Shown: in pieces, positions 61,638-64,000 of the stretch
How positions within the stretch are numbered: the first letter of the stretch is position 1
Layout: every line of letters starts with the position of its first letter
IMG/VR virus record: IMGVR_UViG_3300009164_005114
Location: 1 to 64,000 of that record
Direction: 5' to 3' (one strand)
Source: a virus
DNA length: 64,000 bases
Position numbers and translations under genes: made by a program
Notes under the pieces: model-generated
What the model saw: the letters and a program-made list of their open reading frames with translations, nothing else
Told to the model about the DNA's origin: nothing
The model's database searches: none

Positions 61638-62420
61638 ATGGATGTAGTATCAACAAGATTAATGGGCGGATTAGGAAACATAATGTTTCAAATTGCCGCA
61701 GCATATAGTGTATCTCTTAGAGATAATAAAGAAATGATTTGTGATACAAGGGATATGATGATACCTCACAAACCATATACTTTTTATCTTGATAATATTT
61801 TTAGAAAAGTAAAATTTTCGGACAGCTTATCTATTTTAAATCCTATTGGAGAATGTGGATTCCATTACTGCGATATACCAAAAATTCAAGGTAATGTTAA
61901 GTTAATTGGTCATTTTCAAAGTGAAAAATATTTTATTAATCACAAAAATGAATTATTAGATTTATTTGAAATTGATGAAAAAACTAAAACAACTTTATTA
62001 GAAAAATACGGTGAGGTTCTTAATCAAGATACGTGTTCAATCCATGTTAGAAGAGGGGATTATTTAGGACTACCCAATCATCACCCAACTCAACCAATTA
62101 GTTATTATGAAAATGCAATTAAAATTATTGGAGAAGAAAAACATTTTTTAATATTTTCTGATGACATAAAATGGTGTGAAGAAAATTTTAATTTCTTAAA
62201 AAATAAAACATTTGTTTCAGGTAATCTGGACTATGAAGACCTATACCTAATGTCAATGTGTAAACATAATATAATTGCCAACTCAACCTTTAGCTGGTGG
62301 GGAGCATGGTTAAATAAAAATGAAAGTAAACAAGTTGTTATACCATCAAAATGGTTTGGAATTTCTAATTCACATTTAAACACTAATGACTTATATTGTG
62401 ATAAATGGATTAAACTATGA
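61638..62420 (+). CDS. GT11 alpha-1,2-fucosyl/colitosyltransferase
   Basis: GGLGN.MFQ, HVRRGDY, FSDD, IIANSTFSWWGAWL. Confidence 0.92.
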   Translation: MDVVSTRLMGGLGNIMFQIAAAYSVSLRDNKEMICDTRDMMIPHKPYTFYLDNIFRKVKFSDSLSILNPIGECGFHYCDIPKIQGNVKLIGHFQSEKYFINHKNELLDLFEIDEKTKTTLLEKYGEVLNQDTCSIHVRRGDYLGLPNHHPTQPISYYENAIKIIGEEKHFLIFSDDIKWCEENFNFLKNKTFVSGNLDYEDLYLMSMCKHNIIANSTFSWWGAWLNKNESKQVVIPSKWFGISNSHLNTNDLYCDKWIKL

Positions 62421-63340
62421 AAGTATTAGTAACAGGTTCTAATGGATTACTAGGTAATGCATTAAAAGAATTATTAGGTGAAGGTCATATCTACCATACA
62501 AGAAAAGATGCTGATTTAACCGATGAAAAATTAACCAAAGAATACATCACACATCATGTGAAAAATTCTGGAGTAGACACAATCATACATTGTGCAGCAA
62601 AGGTTGGAGGGGTTCAAGCAAACTCAACAAACAATGAAACATTTTTTATTGAGAACTACAACATAAATAATAATGTTATAAGTGCGGCATTTGAGAATGG
62701 AGTTAAAAACTTTGTAAATTTATCCTCCACTTGTATTTTCCCCGACTCTAACATTACATACCCACTAACAGCCGACCAAATAGATATCGCACCTCCTCAC
62801 CCATCTAACCATGGGTATTCTTATGCAAAAAGATTATCAGGATATCAAACAAAAATCATTAGACAATTAACGGGTAATAATTGGATTACAATTGTACCAA
62901 CAAATGTTTATGGTCCACACGATAATTTCCATCCTGACCATAGTCACATGATTCCTGGTATTATTCACAGAGCGTATAACTGTAAACAAAATAATGAGGA
63001 CTTTGTAGTTTGGGGAGATGGTAGTCCTTTAAGACAATTCATCCACTCAAAAGATTTAGCGAAAGTTATTTTATGGGCAATTGATAATTGGAATAGTGAT
63101 GTTCCATTTATGGCGGTTAACGATAACGAGCATTCAGTTATGGATATTGTTAAGATAGTTGCCAAAAAATTTGAAATTGCAGATAACAATTTAATTTTTG
63201 ACGAAACAAAACCAAGAGGTCAATTTAGAAAACCAGCAAAATCAGACATACCTAAAGATTACGAATACATTAACCTTGAAACAGGGATAACCGAAACCAT
63301 TGATTGGTTTATTAACAACTATAATACATTAAGAAAATGA
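62417..63340 (+). CDS. GDP-L-fucose synthase / GDP-colitose synthase (Fcl/ColC family)
   Basis: TGSNGLLG, AAKVGG, SSTCIFP, YSYAKR, PTNVYGP.DNF, WGDGSPLRQF. Confidence 0.9.
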   Translation: MKVLVTGSNGLLGNALKELLGEGHIYHTRKDADLTDEKLTKEYITHHVKNSGVDTIIHCAAKVGGVQANSTNNETFFIENYNINNNVISAAFENGVKNFVNLSSTCIFPDSNITYPLTADQIDIAPPHPSNHGYSYAKRLSGYQTKIIRQLTGNNWITIVPTNVYGPHDNFHPDHSHMIPGIIHRAYNCKQNNEDFVVWGDGSPLRQFIHSKDLAKVILWAIDNWNSDVPFMAVNDNEHSVMDIVKIVAKKFEIADNNLIFDETKPRGQFRKPAKSDIPKDYEYINLETGITETIDWFINNYNTLRK

Positions 63341-64000
63341 AAAGAATTGATTTAATTCAAGACACTATTGATAACCAAGATATTGATAATTTAATTACAT
63401 GGTTACAAAATTACCCAAGATTAACTAAAGGTTCAAAAACAATTGAATTTGAAAATAAGTGGTCTCAATGGTTGGGGTCAAAATATTCTGTTTTTGTTAA
63501 CTCAGGTTCATCCGCAAATTTACTTATGCTATACGCATTGAAAATTCTTAACAAAATGAAGAACAATAAAGTTTGTGTCCCAACATTATGTTGGGCAACA
63601 GATTTGGCGCCTGTACTTCAATTTGATATGGAACCATTATTGATTGACTGTAATTTAGATAATTTGTCAGTTGATTTAGAACATTTGGAGGAAGTGTTTA
63701 AAACCGAAAATCCATCTGTATTAATTTTAGTTTCAGTATTGGGATTATCACCTGATATGGATTCTATTGTTGAGTTGTGTAAAAAATATGATGTTATATT
63801 ACTTGAAGACAACTGTGAGTCACAGGGGACTAAATTCAAAGGTACTAAACTTGGTAACTTTGGTTTAATGTCATCATTCTCAACTTATTTTGGTCACACT
63901 ATGTCGACAATTGAAGGTGGAATTATTTCAACAAACGATGAAGAAATTTACAACACATTACTACAACTTAGAAGTCACGGTTGGGATAGAGATTTATCTA
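63337..64000 (+). CDS. colD: ColD-like GDP-4-keto-6-deoxymannose 3-dehydratase (DegT family), truncated by window end
   Basis: Hand translation: VNSGSSANLL, EDNCES, FSTYFGHTMSTIEGG (His at the usual Lys site), LRSHGWDRDL. Confidence 0.75.
   Translation, partial: MKRIDLIQDTIDNQDIDNLITWLQNYPRLTKGSKTIEFENKWSQWLGSKYSVFVNSGSSANLLMLYALKILNKMKNNKVCVPTLCWATDLAPVLQFDMEPLLIDCNLDNLSVDLEHLEEVFKTENPSVLILVSVLGLSPDMDSIVELCKKYDVILLEDNCESQGTKFKGTKLGNFGLMSSFSTYFGHTMSTIEGGIISTNDEEIYNTLLQLRSHGWDRDLS

Noticed and set aside
539-63839. Many short opposite-strand or alternate-frame ORFs in the track (e.g. 539-898, 7862-8215, 8994-9338, 21241-21603)
   Set aside because: They lie inside well-supported genes and show no motifs
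1-64000. Stop-codon reassignment as in some large Bacteroidota phages
   Set aside because: Genes are intact in code 11, and TAA, TAG (recombinase) and TGA (polB) all act as stops
1-64000. Eukaryotic giant virus or bacterial chromosome origin
   Set aside because: Sheath, tube, neck and baseplate genes with T4-like replication genes and bacterial promoters indicate a tailed phage
1-64000. tRNA or other structured RNA genes
   Set aside because: Intergenic gaps are short and AT-rich, and no cloverleaf or T-arm motif was seen

Overview
AT-rich segment (roughly 30% GC, judged by eye) of a large myovirus-type (jumbo) phage genome in the standard genetic code, probably infecting Bacteroidota. The host call rests on Bacteroidota-type TTTG-N19/20-TAnnTTTG promoters, SD-less A-rich leaders and a Flavobacterium-like NrdB. 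From left to right: a replication block (nrdA partial, nrdB, DnaB-like helicase, 5'-3' exonuclease, RecA/UvsX, gp32-like SSB); a contractile-tail block (two giant baseplate proteins, LysM/gp53-like protein, tape measure, chaperone with a probable +1 frameshift, tube, 1077-aa sheath, neck proteins); SNF2 helicase, an SOD fusion and PolB; then two glycosylation loci. The first (39-48.6 kb) places a GT60-like polypeptide GlcNAc-transferase plus GT25 and two HtrL-like enzymes directly behind two mucin-like Thr/Pro-repeat proteins and a LamG-like protein. It is the best candidate for a novel system: a phage-encoded mucin-type O-glycosylation pathway making a virion glycocalyx. The second (51-64 kb) encodes many GTs, UDP-Galf mutase, an apparently inactive Ugd and a probable colitose (ColC/ColD/GT11) pathway. 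An oriented TATTTAT motif precedes 14 genes, mostly structural. No capsid, portal, terminase, tRNA or CRISPR array was seen. All assignments come from motif recognition by eye; no searches were run.
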